From NCBI RefSeq assembly GCF_963921235.1, contig NC_086097.1, positions 50,532,001-50,596,000 on the forward strand: 64,000 bases of DNA, read 5' to 3'. Made by a program: the position numbers and the translations under genes. Below, piece by piece: positions 24,590-37,900 of the stretch; the first letter of the stretch is position 1; each line of letters opens with the position of its first letter. The stretch is from Mobula hypostoma. Its lineage: Eukaryota. The notes under the pieces were generated by a model, which saw nothing but the letters and a program-made list of their open reading frames with translations, did no database searches and had not been told where the DNA came from.

Positions 24590-25550
24590 AGCCATAAGAC
24601 CATATGACAAAGGAGTAGAATTACGCCATTTGGCCCATTGTGTCTGTTCTGCCATTCAATCATGGCTGATTTTTTTTATCCCTCTCAACCCCATTCTCTA
24701 GCCTTCTCCTTGTAACCTTTTGACACCCTTACTAATCAAGAACATATCAAAATCCACTTTAAATATACCCAATGATTTGGCCTCCACAGCCATCTGTAGC
24801 AATGAATTCCCCAGATTCCCTATCCTCGGACTAAAGAAATCCCTCCTCATCTCTGTTCTAAAGGGATAAATAGATATCCCTCTATTCTGATGCCGTGCCC
24901 TCTGGTCCTAGATTCCGTCACTATAGGAAACATCCTCTCCACATACACTCTATCTAGGCCTTCAATATTCGATAGGTTTCAATGAGATCTTCCCTCATTC
25001 TTCTAAACTCCAGTGAGTACATACACAGAGCCAACAAATGCTCCTCATGCCTCACACCCTTTCATTCCTGGAATCATTCTCATAAACGTCCTCTGGACCC
25101 TCTGCAATGCCAGCATTCCTTTTCTGAGACATGGGGGGCAAACCTGCTCACAATACCCTCAGTGTGAACTGACTAACACCTTATAAAGCCTCAGCATTAC
25201 GTCCTTGCTTTCATATTCTAGTCCTCTCAAAATGAATGCTAACATTGCATTTGCCTTCCTTACCACTGACTCAACCTGCAAGTTAATCTTTATGGGATCA
25301 TGCGCGAGGATTCCCAAGCCCCTTTGCACCTCTAATTTCTTAATTTTCCTCCCCGTTTTGAAAAGTTTACACCTTATTTGTTTAACCAGCATTCATGAGC
25401 ATACCCTTCCCTACACTATATTTCATCTGCCACTTCTTTGCCCATTCTCCTAATCTGTTGGTCTAAGTCTTACTGCAGTCTCTCTGCTTTCTCAAGACTA
25501 CCTACCCCTCCACTTATCTTCATAACAAACGCATACTTTGGCACAAAGTC
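24590..25550 (-). mobile_element. CR1 LINE 3' fragment
   Basis: VRKANAMLAFILRGLEYESKDVMLRLYKVLV. Confidence 0.88.
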
Positions 25551-26019
25551 CTTTGTCACTTCCACCTATCATCTCCAAGCCCTTACCATCATTCCCCCTC
25601 AACAATCTATCACCAAACTCCACCACCCCACATTTGAATCCAGCCAGCACCTGCTTCACATCTTTCCTGCCCCCCACCCCATCCATTTATCCTGGCTATC
25701 TCCCTTCTTTCTTTCCATTCCTTATGAAGGGTCTCACCCTGAAACATAGCCTGTCCATTTCCCTGTGGAAGTGCTGCCTCCTGGCCTACTGAGTCCTTCC
25801 CAGCGGTTTTCTTTAAATCAATGTCCATAAAATGTTTCACACCTCACAGCCATCAAAAGGGTTGGCAAGTGTTGAATTTTTTTAGTGTTCAAAGATCCAA
25901 GATCAGAAATAAAAAGAGGCAAATAAAATCAAAATAATAAAGTTTTAAAATGTATGGTCAGTCAGGTCCAGTCCAGAGCTAAATAACATGCATTTTTTTT
26001 TTGCAATCAGTTATTCTCT

Positions 26020-26263
26020 GGAATGAAGAGTACAGCAGAAATGAAAAAAAAATACTGAAGGTATATGACAAGGAATTTGGTCTCATCATTTCCTCGTTTT
26101 CAAGGACAAGACTGAAGTTAATACAATTTGTTTTGTCTGTACATTGGCTTGCTGTTTGTGAAATTAAACAGTTTAATGACTGGTGTCTAACTTTGTTTAA
26201 ATATTTCTCGGTTTATGTTGTAAAGATATTGAGGGAATGCAGATGGCTCAAATTAAGTGATAT
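26020..26263 (-). pseudogene. Candidate GREB1-like pseudo-exon
   Basis: Acceptor aaactag. Translates ...TT*TEKYLNKVRHQSLNCLISQTASQCTDKTNCINFSLV, compare GREB1 TGKYQARILSESLL...EVNYELV. Colinear position; 3' boundary uncertain. Confidence 0.4.
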
Positions 26264-27538
26264 CTAGTTTAAATTGCACTGTCATATTAGACATTAAGCA
26301 CCACTGACATATTCCTTGAACACCACATGCTCTATGAACACAGGGCACAAAACGAAGGACTCTAAGCTTGTAATAGCTGGAGGTTAATAAGGCTTAAGAA
26401 GACAAATATTTCAAAACATTTTCTCATTGCTCAAATGAGGAAGTTGCATAAAAGTCAAAATAAAAGTTACATGATGATGAAAGAGGAACGATATTAGTCA
26501 TCAAACTTTAACTTTTGCTAACATAATCCACTGCAAAAATAAGTTAAACCCAACCTGTTTTCTCTCATACTAAGTTCAGCTGAAAGATGTGTGACACAAA
26601 ATGCTGCCCACCCTGCTGAGAATCCAGCAGTTCTAGTACTTTTAGATTTTCATTGGAGGATTATTTATCTAGAAATCTTCACTTTCTTACTTAATTATTC
26701 TTTCCCCCCACCCCCTGTAACTCATTCATTTTAGAAAGTGTTCTTCATTCCATGCATAGAACATTAAACGGCAGAATAGGAACAGGCCCTTCGTCCCATG
26801 ATGGGTGTGTCAATTGTGATGCCAAATTGAATAACCCATCTGCTTGTCCATGATCCTGCACATTCATGGGCCACAACCGTCTAATAGATATAATGTACTG
26901 AATTAATGTTCCAATTATTACAGGTTTAATTATTTCACCATGCCTAGCAACCTGATCTTTCTGCAGCTTTTATAATAACTGCAAACTTGCTATTTTCTGC
27001 TAAAGTAAATTAGAAATTCAGCTTCTGGCAATCATTAGGATGGATCAGTCACTGGGAGCCGGATGAGATATAGCCCAGGTTAGTATGGGAAGTGAGGGAA
27101 CAGACTAATGGGGGCATTGACGATGAATCATTAGGGCCTCTGGTACCAAGAGTAGTGCTAGAAGATTGGAGGATGGCAAATGCAGTTCAGTTGATCAAGA
27201 AACCTAACAGGGATAATTCTGGGAATATAGTGTAGTTTTATGTCAGTGGTGGGCACACTATTGGATAGGATGTATAGGGACAGGATTTATGAGCATTTGT
27301 AATATTGTAAATGTAACTTTCTCACTCCCAATTAAGGGACAAAAGTAGCAGTCAAATACGGGACACTTGTGTTTACCCCGAGAAAGACTACCATGACTAT
27401 GAAGCCTTGCGCAGGCACCTGTGTGCACATACGTGACGTGCGCATATATGACGTGCGCATGTGTGTACGTGCCAATTTTTTTTCTACAAATCAGTTTTGG
27501 CTTAATCTTCCTGATTCTGTTAAGTGAAACTACACTGT

Positions 27539-27762
27539 ACATACATGTTACTGGTGAACACAGCAGGCCAGGCAGCATCTCTAGGAAGAGATGCAGTCGA
27601 TGTTTCAGGCCGAGACCCATCGTCAGGACCCTTCACGAAGGGTCTTGGCCTGAAACGTCGACTGCACCTCTTCCTAGAGATGCTGCCTGGCCTGCTGTGT
27701 TCACCAGCAACATGTATGTGTGTTGCTTGAATTTCCAGCATCTGCAGAATTCCTGTTGTTTG
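27539..27762. repeat. Fold-back (inverted) Penelope-terminus derivative
   Basis: 85-bp arms 27539-27623 and 27635-27719 with 5 mismatches and an 11-nt spacer; direct repeat CTGTACATACAT at 27535-27546 and 27763-27774. Confidence 0.9.
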
Positions 27763-30700
27763 CTGTACATACATTATTTCTACTTTATATAGCCTGTGTA
27801 TTTATCATATCCTTCCTGCTTTTACCATATGTTAGTGTTATTTTAGGTTTTATGTGTTATTTGGTATGATTTGGAAGGTTATTTCAAGTTCAACAGTGCG
27901 TGACAGGGAATGAGGAAAGGTGCAGCAGACTCATATCATTTCATATCATTTCCTCGCAGCCCAGTAGCACATGCTTTGCGGCCCAGCTGAAATAGATGTA
28001 TCAATGGAAAGAGCAGCCAGAAATGCAAATGAATTGCAGACAGAAATGAAAGTGAATGTGAACAAAATTGCAATGTCTAAACAGAAACCATCCTGGCTGA
28101 ACAAATTGTCTTAGCATTGAGGCAGGGACTCACGTACACCAGACCAATGCAGATTTAAAGGTGAAACTTGCAGAAAATGCAACAAAGTAGAACACATACA
28201 AAAAGCATGTTGGGTAGACAAAAATAAATGGACTGCACAGGCAAGTGAAAAAGATATCGAGCTGCAGTTTCGAAAAGAGCACTAATCTGCATGCTGTTTA
28301 TGATGAGAGTGATGCAGGACCGAGTAGCCTTAAGATTTACAATGTGAAGACTCACAACAGACAAGCAATATGGCTTACACCAGAAGTGAACGGCAAATTA
28401 ATTAAAATGGAATGGGACACTGGATCAATTCCTTCAGTCATTCCAGAAAATGAGTTTGAACGGCATTTCAAGGATACTAAACTGAAACCTGCAGATATCC
28501 AGGTAAGAACTTACACTGAAGAAAAGGTAACTCCTGTGTGAATGACGTTAGTAACAGTGAAATACAACAGCCAACAAGCCACATTGGGCTTGTATGTGGT
28601 AAAAACAGAAGGGTCAGCATTGTGAGGCAACTACTATTTGATTAGAGATACATCCACCATTTGCATCAACATCCCTTGCATTAGAGTCAATTGGAAGCAA
28701 ATTAAACAAGTTACTGGGTGATGCCTCAGTAGTGTTCAAGGATGACATTGGAAAACTCAAACATATCAAGGGTAAAATAGTGTTAAATGAAAATACTACA
28801 CCTAGGTTTTACAAAGCCCCCGGGTTCCTTATACATGCAAGATAAAGTAGCCAGTGAGATAAATCGCATGGAGGCTGAAGGAATTCTTTCCAAGGTTGAA
28901 TGGAACCCATGGACAATGCCAGTGGTCCCAGTGGCCAAGAAGAATGGGCCTGTCAGTATCTGTGGTGATCTTAAGGTCACCATCAACCCATTAATGAAAT
29001 TAAATCAATACCTTCTGCCCAGGATAAAGGATACCTTTGCAAACCTTTCTGGAGGGAAACAGTTCAGCAAAGTGGAGTTCGCTGAGACCTCCCTATGGAT
29101 GGAAATGGAAGAAGAGTCCAAAGTGTTTCTCACCATAAACACTCACAAAGGGCTTTATTCTATAATAGGCTTATTTTTGGAGATCATCTACAGCTGCACT
29201 CTGACAGAAAGCCATGGACCAGGTGCTGCAAGACTACCCGATTACTCAGTGTTACCTGGATGACATCATTGTTACTGGTGAGGATGACAAGGAACACCTC
29301 CAAAATCTCAAGACAGTGTTAAAAAGATTAGAAGATTATGGGCTCTAAGCACAATTCAACAAGTGTGAATTCTTTAGACCAAGCATCACTTACTGTGGTC
29401 ACACCATTGACACACAAGCATTACACAATTTGCTGAGAAATTTCCACCAGTGGTGGATTCCTCAAGGCTAAAGGATGTGTCACACTTGTGGTCCTCTTTA
29501 GGATTTGTCAATTACCATAATAGGTTCCTGTCAAACCTGGCCTCTGTGCTCCATTATTACTACAAATTGGGAGGAAATGGCAATGGACATAACAGTGTGA
29601 GGTGGCTTTTCAAAAGGTAAAGGAAATGGTGATGTCAGACACTGTACTCACACATTATGATCCACATTGTCCAGTGAGTTGCCTGTGACACCTCGCCTTA
29701 TCGTATAGGTGCAGTCAGTTCACATATTATGAGTGATGGAAGTGAACGCCCCATAGGCTTTGCATCATGGATTGAGAGAGAAGCCGTGCGCCCGGTTTGG
29801 GATGTAAACTTTTCAACCAGTACCTGTATGGGAGAAGGTTTACCCTCATTACTGATCATCAACCACTGGTGTCCATTTTCAATCCACAGAAGGGTGTTCC
29901 ACTAACAGCAGCAGCTCGAATGCAGAGATGGGCTCTGATTTTTGGAGGACACAATTACAAGATCAAATTCAAGAGGATAACTAATCATGGATATGGTAAG
30001 GGATTGTCTTATTTACCTTTGGAAAAGGAAAAATTTACAAAAGAGACACTCCTCTTGACATATTCTTCCTAATGCAAATCAAAAGTCTCCCTATTACAGC
30101 AGAGACAATCCAAAGCGAAACAACAAAAGACCCTACACTGTCTCAAATCTACATGGCAACCCAAAATGACTGAAATGTGCATCAGAAATTACAGCTCCTC
30201 CATTTATCCCAGCATGAACGTGCCCTTGACAAGGGTTGCCTTACATGGGGATTGAGAGTTGTTGTACCATCCAAGCTGAGAGCTGAAGTGTTGGGGGAGC
30301 TATGTGCTGTTCACCTAGGCGTGGTCAAAGTGAAAGCGTTGTCCGTGGCCTGGGATAGATCAGCACATCGAGCAGCTTGACATGCACTGTTCAGGATGCC
30401 AACTTGTCCAGAAGATGCCTCTCCATCCCTGGGAATAGCCTGCATTGCCCTGGCAGAGGATTCATGTGAATTTTGCTGGACCATTCATGGGCACAAATTT
30501 CTTTGTAGTAGTGGTTGCAGTACAAAGTGGCTAGAAGTGTTTCCAATAGCTTTTACTACAGCCTCGCAGAATATTGATGTGTTGAGAAGCCTCTTCTCAA
30601 GGACTGTTGTTCCAGAACATTTAGTCGGTGACAATGGACCACAATTCATTGTGAAACAATTTCAGTCATTCCAGAAAATGAATGGACAAGACTTATTACA

Positions 30701-31346
30701 TCTGCACCTTACCACCCAGCTACAAATAGCTTAGCATAAAAGTTTGTCTAGAATCGAAAGAACACACTGTGAGCGATGTCAGAACACACTACACTGATAC
30801 TGAATCATAAGCTTGCCAATTTCCTCTTTAAATATCACAGTTTAGCACCTTCCACAACCAACAACTTCCCAGCTATGGTGTTCCTGGGTCGTTCCTTGGA
30901 TCTCCTCAAACCCAATCTCAGAAGGAGTATGCAGGACAAACAGCTGAGTGATATTAAGGGCTCCTCAAACAAGGAGGTTCAATGTTTCACTTCTGGACAA
31001 GCATTCTTGGTAACGGGCTACAGAGATGATCAGGTGGATACTTAGAAAGATTAAGGACAGAAATGGACCACTCTCCTACACAGCAGAGATTTCATCTGAC
31101 GTCAGCCGGAGATGACACATCCATCAGTTGAGGAGAACAGAGTTCAGTATAGAGAAGAAAGTTGTCCCGAGCTGTCAGAATCACTTCCTGTTATCCCAGA
31201 GTAAACTCCTACAAGCACCACAGAGGAGGACTCAGAACATGAGATTGTTTCAAAGCCAATAGCTAAGCAGGGAGGTTGCTGTGTAATATTGTAAATATAT
31301 AGTTTGATTCAGCATTCTTTGTTTCCGTAATTCATTATGGGTTATA

Positions 31347-31652
31347 TGTGTTGGTGCGTGGCCAAGTGGTGAAGGCATTCGTCTAGTGATCTGAAGGTCA
31401 CTAGTTCGAGCCTTGGCTGAGGCAGAGTGTTGTGTCCTTGAGCAAGGCACTTAACCACACATTGCTCTGCGACGACACTGGTACCAAGCTGTATGGGTCC
31501 TAATGCCCTTCCCTTGGATAACATCGGTGGGATGAAGAGGGGAGACTTGCAGCATGGACAACTGCCGGTCTTCCATACAACCTTGCCCAGGCCTGCGCCC
31601 TGGAAACCTTCCAAGGCGCAAATCCATGGTCTCATGAGACTAACAGATGCCT
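31347..31652 (+). mobile_element. tRNA-derived SINE, ~300 bp (copies at 32323-32624 -, 35350-35647 -, 43904-44201 +)
   Basis: A-box TGGCCAAGTGG, B-box GTTCGAGCC; four closely similar copies. Confidence 0.9.
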
Positions 31653-32667
31653 GTATGTTATATGTACAACGTATATGAATAGCGTACATCATTACACTAC
31701 CATATCATATGTGAGTGCCTAACTAAAAATGAGGAAAAAGTCTGAGAAGATAAGAATCCCAGCTCCTGTATTTATGTTTTGATTAGTTTCTGGAGTTACA
31801 AGACATAACACTCACAAGCCTAATTGAGTTTTTCAAGGAGGTGACAAAGCAAATTGATAAAGGTAATCTGGTGGATGAGGTGTGTGTGGATTTTACTAAG
31901 GTGTTTGACAAGGATCCCCATCCAAGACTCATCCAGAAAGTCATGGGATCAGTACTGTGTTGTATTGTTCTATGCTCTTTATGTCAGATAGGAAATAAAT
32001 AATTAATTGTACATTGAATTAAAAGTGAAAATTAAGCTACCTAGTTGAAAATCTTGTCAGAGATAGAAATATCTAATGACAACAATATACTAGAGGTCAC
32101 AAAATGTTATGTACAGTATTTCAATATATTTTGGTATTTATGAACTTACAGTATATATTTCTAAATGGCAAAATAGATAGAGCTCTGTAGAAAGGTGGTT
32201 AAATATGCTCGGAGGGCCATCCTTGTTGGTTATAAGCTGTTCTGTTATGCATTATTTCAATGTCAAACTTAAAGTTTAAAATTTCCCAATAAATCAGTGA
32301 AATTAATGAAATTATTTTTTTTAGGCATCCGTTAGTCTCATGAGACCATGGATTTGTGCCTTGGAAGGTCTCCAGGGCGCAGGCCTGGGTAAGGTTGTAT
32401 GGAAGACCGGCAGATGCCCATGCTGTAAGACTCCCCTTTCCATGCCACCGAATTTGTCCAAGGGAAGGGCACTAGGGCTGATAAAGCTTGGCACCGGTGT
32501 CGTTGCAGAGCAATGTGCGGTTAAGTTCCTTGCTCAATGACGCAACACGCTGCCTCAGCTGAGGCTCGAAGTAGTGACCTTCAGATCACTAGACCAACGC
32601 CTTAACCACTTGGCCACGCTCCAATATATTTCTATTAACTTCACACCAGCTCTTTATAGAAACTTAC

Positions 32668-33034
32668 AAATGAATTTCCAGTCAGTAATCACATATAGCA
32701 ATACTGCTGACACAGTTACAAGCAATTTAAAGTAGTCAATTCTTCAGCAAAGCTGAAGGAGAATGTTTCATGTTTGACAAAGCAACAGATGATCTCTAAA
32801 GGATAGGTGTTCAGCGGTGTGCAGGAGAATCGATCACAAGCAGAAAATATAAAGTACTTATAGAACCTTCTTCCCTTGCACGCTTTCCACCCGTGCTGGA
32901 TTGAGCATCGAGCTGGCAACTCAGCCTCGTAAAAATAAGAAAGCCGCTAAAAAAAACCACTGTCATGACGGTGTCCTGATGACTCCACCTGGAGTTAAGG
33001 GCTTTCTTCTTCTTCCTCTACAGAACCTTCATGA
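32668..33034 (-). pseudogene. GREB1-like pseudo-exon interrupted by a ~150-bp insertion
   Basis: GTAAGT donor at 32667. Translates ...TPLNTYPLEIICCFVKHETFSFSFAEELTTLNCL*LCQQYCYM*LL, compare GREB1 APVTSAQLPWL...CAYSLAEGLSEM...TNYVVII. The insert is flanked by AGAACCTTC direct repeats. Confidence 0.5.
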
Positions 33035-33275
33035 CTAAATACAATGCAACTGAAAAAGTGCAAATAAAATAGGAATTACTGAAAGGACAGAAGAGACAAA
33101 TCTACGTCTACTGTATCTTTCGTTGGAAGATTTTTGTCAAACAGGGAAAACCGGAATTTTGATATTACTACATACTTAAACGTTCCATCCTCAACAGTGG
33201 TTACCGCAAGTACAGCAGTTCAATCAAGAAAAATGGATATTTTTATGAAGTAGAATGATATTCCCTTTGATTTAC

Positions 33276-33528
33276 CCTTGTATATTGTACTCCTTTGTGG
33301 CATTGCCTTGCTTTCTGAAAATTAACTTGAAGCGATTTTGTCAGTGATGAGCCACCACAGTCACTTTTTTCGGGTGCCATAGCGCAGACTGGACCAATGG
33401 TTTGCAAAATCCTCAAGACCAGTAACCCGTTCTGTTTTTTTACCAATCATCAATATGGGCTCTGTGGGCACAGAACTGGTCCTGCTCACAAAACGTCTCA
33501 AAACTATTTTGACAATTAACTTAGCCAG
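33276..33528 (-). pseudogene. GREB1-like pseudo-exon, N-terminal domain
   Basis: ttgacag acceptor, GTAAAT donor, 253 bp in one frame: LAKLIVKIVLRRFVSRTSSVPTEPILMIGKKTERVTGLEDFANHWSSLRYGTRKK*LWWLITDKIASS*FSESKAMPQRSTIYK(G). Compare GREB1 LLVCAVDKRFL...[27 protein letters not shown]...LICWKG. Stops at 33361-33363 and 33322-33324. Confidence 0.75.
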
Positions 33529-34929
33529 CTGTCAAAGCAATCAAAAGTACTGAACATTGCTGTTCGCACATTCAAATATATTAAAGAAAACTATTATAAA
33601 GCAACAAAGGTGAAAGTTTAAAATGATAATTTAATAAAAATGACATCATAATCATGAAAGTTTAAAGATGGCAAATTTTCAGAAATTAAGATCTGTCTTC
33701 CCTCTGACATAATTTAATATGAAAACAGACAAGATAAATGTTTAATCAATAAAATGAGTGGCAATTATCTGGACGTGAAGTTTAGACTTATGGGATCATG
33801 TAAGCTCATATTTACTACTAGTATCTTCAATAATTTCTTCTATAATAACCCCATTGTTTATCCTTTCACCAGAGGTCAGTCATACAGGGGAAATGATCCA
33901 CAGGCAACCCAAGTGACTCATTCAAGTAGTCAAAATGCACCATATGCAAGGCTGATTAAGAGAGCCAGCAGGCAGCTGTCTTCGACATTGTGTGTACTAT
34001 ACTCAGCATGGCTCACTGATCAACATCCATGAGCAAGAATCCATGAAAATTATTTCAACTCTTTCAACCAGTTTTGACTTCACAAATTCACAGCCACATC
34101 TGCTGCTACTTAATCTGCATTTCTTCTATTAATTTCCTCATTCAGCGCACAGAGCTGAACAGAAATGTATCCATTGAAAAATGTAAAGAATGTCACAAAT
34201 GGATTAGAAATTCCAGATCCCAAGATCTCAGTAACAAGTTTGCAGCTTAGAAGCATTGACTTCTATGTTGTTGCAACTGCACATTTTCCTAAATCACAAT
34301 GATAAAACAATTCTTTTTCTCTGTACCACAGAAATAGTTCATAAGTTAGAACTCTAAAATTTATAAGAAGCTTTAATTTTTTGTAAATTAAATGCTCTTG
34401 GGAAAGTTATCAGTTATCAACAGTGATACTAGCAATTATCTAGGAAAGTGATGCAACAATTGAGAAAAATCCTCATATACTTTCATTTATTATGTAAATT
34501 TGGCAGTATTTGTTAGTAATGTCCTGATGAAGGGTCTCATCACAAAACATCGGCTGTTAATTCCCACCTATAGATGCTGCCTGACCTGCTCAGCTTCTCT
34601 AGCACATTGTGTGTACTGATATTAATGGTTAAAGAATTAATGCAAGCGTGGTTTCTTCACACAACAAATCAAAAAAAAAATTAATTTATGGTTGTGTTTT
34701 GCAAAAAAAGTACACAAGAATTTAGCAAACAATATTACAAAGTCAATTTGGGTAGCTAAATGTAGAGGTACACCATTTCAACAAAACTTTTGTGAGCAAT
34801 CATCTTTGGCACCGTGAAACTAATAGTTTGCCACCTACAGGAAGAATCTGTATCTGCAGCTTCCCAGAATCCAGTTAATTGGCCTGGATCATATTACATT
34901 GCTCACAACAGCATGTTCCTGACTTATTT

Positions 34930-37900
34930 ATAGAGCCATAGAGTTATGGAAAAGTACAGCACAGAAATGGGTCTTCAGCCAATCTAGTCCATGCCGAAAG
35001 CATTTAAAATGCCTAGTCCTATGGACTTGCACTGAGACCATAGACCTCTATACCCCAACCATCCATTTACCTCTCCAAACTTCTCAAACGTTGAAATTGA
35101 GCTTGCATACACCACTTATACTGGCAGCCTATTCCACCCTCTCATAACCCTCTGAATGACGAATGAGGAAGTTTCCTATGTTACCCTTAAACTCTTCACC
35201 CTTCACCCTTAACCCATGCCCTCTGGTTGTAGTCCTACCCAACCTCAATGGAAAAAGCTTGCTTGCAGTTACCTAATTTATACCCCTCATAGTTTTGTAT
35301 ACCTCCATAAAATCTCCTCTCAATCTTCTATGTTCCAAGGAATATATAAAGGCATCCATTAGTCTTGTGAGACCATGGATCTGCCCCTGGAAAGTCTTCA
35401 CTCTCCAGGGTGCAGGCCTGGGCAAGGTTGTATGGAAGACCAGCAGTTGCCCATGCTGCAAGTCTCCCCTCTCCACGACACCAATGTTGTCCAAGGAAAG
35501 GGCATTAGGACCCATACAGCTTGGCACCAGTGTCGTCGCAGAGCAACGTGTGATTAAGTGCCTTGCTCAAGGACACAACACGTTGCCTCAGCTGGTGCTC
35601 GAACTCACGACCTTCAGATCGCTAGTTGAATGCCTTAACCACTTGGCCTAACCTATTCAATCTTCCCATATAATTCAAGTCCTCCAGACCTGGCAACATC
35701 CTTGGAATTTTTTTTCTGTACTCTTTCAACCTTATTTACATCTTTCCTGTAGGTAGGTGACCAAAACTGCACACAATACTCCAAATTAGGCCTCACCAGT
35801 ATGTTATACAACTTCAACACAACTTTCCATTTACTGTGCTCAATACTTTGATTTACGAAGGCCAATGTGCCAAAAGCTTTCTTTACCACACTATCTACCT
35901 GTGACGCCATTTTCGACAAATTATGGACCTGTATTCCCAGATCCTTTGTTCCACCAAACTCCTCAGTGTGGTCATTCACTGTGTAAGACCTGTCCTATTT
36001 GATCCTACCAAACTGCAACACCTCGCACTTGTCTGCATTAAATTCCATCTGCCATTTTTCCAGCTGGTCCAGATCCCATTGCAAGCTATGATAATCTTCT
36101 TCACTGTCCACTGCACCCCTATTCTTTGTGTCATCTGCAAACTTGCTGATCCAGTTAACCACATTATCATCCATATCGTCGATATAGATGACAAACAACA
36201 ATGGACCCAACACCGATCCCTGTGCCACTCCACTAGTCACAGGCCTCCAGTCAGAGAGGCAACCATAGAAACCATAGAAAGTACAGCACAGAAACAGGCC
36301 CTTTGGCCCTTCTTGGCTGTGCCGAACCATTTTCTGCCTAGTCCCACTGACCTGCACACGGACCATATCCCTCCATACACCTCCCATCCATGTATCTGTC
36401 CAAGTTATTCTTAAATGTTAAAAAAGAACCCGCATTTACCACCTCGTCTGGCAGCTCATTCCATACTCCCACCACTCTCTGTGTGAAGAAGCCCCCCCAA
36501 TGTTCCCTTTAAACTTTTCCCCCCTCACCCTTAACCCATGTCCTCTTGTTTTTTTCTCCCCTTGCCTCAGTGGAAAAAGCCTGCTTGCATTCACTCTATC
36601 TATACCCATCATAATTTTATATACCTCTATCAAATCTCCCCTCATTCTTCTATGCTCCAGGGAATAAAGTCCTAACCTATTCAACCTTTCTCTGTAACTG
36701 AGTTTCTCAAGTCCCGGCAACATCCTTGTAAACCTTCTCTGCACTCTTTCAACCTTATTTATATCCTTCCTGTAATTTGGTGACCAAAACTGAACACAAT
36801 ACTACAGATTCGGCCTCACCAATGCCTTATACAACCTCATCATAACATTCCAGCTCTTATACTCAATACTTTGATTAATAAAGGCCAATGTACCAAAAGC
36901 TCTCTTTACGACCCTATCTACCTGTGACGCCACTTTTAGGGAATTTTGTATCTGTATTCCCAGATCCCTCTGTTCCACTGCACTCCTCAGTGCCTTACCA
37001 TTAACCCTGTATGTTCTACCTTGGTTTGTCCTTCCAACATGCAATACCTCACACTTGTCAGTATTAAACTCCATCTGCCATTTTTCAGCCCATTTTTCCA
37101 GCTGGTCCAAGTCCCTCTGCAGGCTCTGAAAACCTTCCTCACTGTCTACTACACCTCCAATCTTTGTATCATCAGCAAACTTGTTGATCCAATTTACCAC
37201 ATTATCATCCAGATCATTGATATAGATGACAAATAACAATGGACTCAGCACTGATCCAACATCTAACACCCCCCTTAGGCTTCTCCCATAAAGCCAATGT
37301 GGAAACCAATTTACTACCTAATTTTGAATGCTGAGCAACTGAACCGTCTTGACCAACCTCCCTTGTGGGTCTTCGCCAAATGCCTTGCTAAGGTCCACGT
37401 AGACAATATCCACTGCTTTATCAACTTTCCCAGTAACTTGCTCGAAAAACTCTATAAGATTGGTAAGACACAATCCACCATGCACAAAGCCGTGCTGACT
37501 ATCCTTAATTAGTCCACGTCTATCCACATATTCAGTCCCTTAGAATACCTTCCAATATCTTTCCCACTGATGTCAGGCTATAGTTTCCTGGTTTATTTTT
37601 AGAGCCTTTTTTAAACAGCGGAACAACAATGGCTATCCTCCAGTCCTCCGGTCTCTCACCTGTCACTAAGAATGATTTAAATATCTCTGCTCGGGCTTTG
37701 GCAATTTCTGCTCTTGCCTCCCACAGGATCTGAGGGAACACCTTGTCTGGCCCTAGGGATTTAACCACCCTAATTTGCCTCAAGACAGCAAACACCTCCT
37801 CCTCTGTAATCTGTGTAGGGTCCATGAACTCGCTGCTGCTTTGCCTCACTTCTATAGACTCTGTGGCCATCTCTGAGTAAATACAGATGCAAAAAATTAA

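Larger units (their letters stand above)
27298..31810 (+). mobile_element. Decayed Ty3/Gypsy LTR retrotransposon (PR-RT-RH-INT) with 3' LTR at 31282-31810
   Basis: MEWDTG, PVVPVAKKNG..ICGDLKVTIN, YLDDII, TDHQPL, DNGPQF; polypurine tract AAGCAGGGAGG; TG...CA LTR. The LTR start TGTAATATTGTAAAT recurs at 27298. Inserted into a CR1 fragment. Confidence 0.92.
194..33528 (-). pseudogene. Multi-exon, divergent GREB1/GREB1L-family gene remnant (probable pseudogene); 3' end runs off the window start
   Basis: About 11 segments, most flanked by AG/GT, whose translations align by eye and in correct order to recalled GREB1/GREB1L motifs; many in-frame stops and frameshifts. Confidence 0.75.

Noticed and set aside
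31350..31425. tRNA gene
   Set aside because: The A/B boxes are the head of a 300-bp multi-copy SINE; no convincing full cloverleaf.
33243..33446. Listed ORF MVKKQNGLL... as a gene
   Set aside because: It is the wrong frame; the splice-compatible frame with GREB1-like motifs is a different one.
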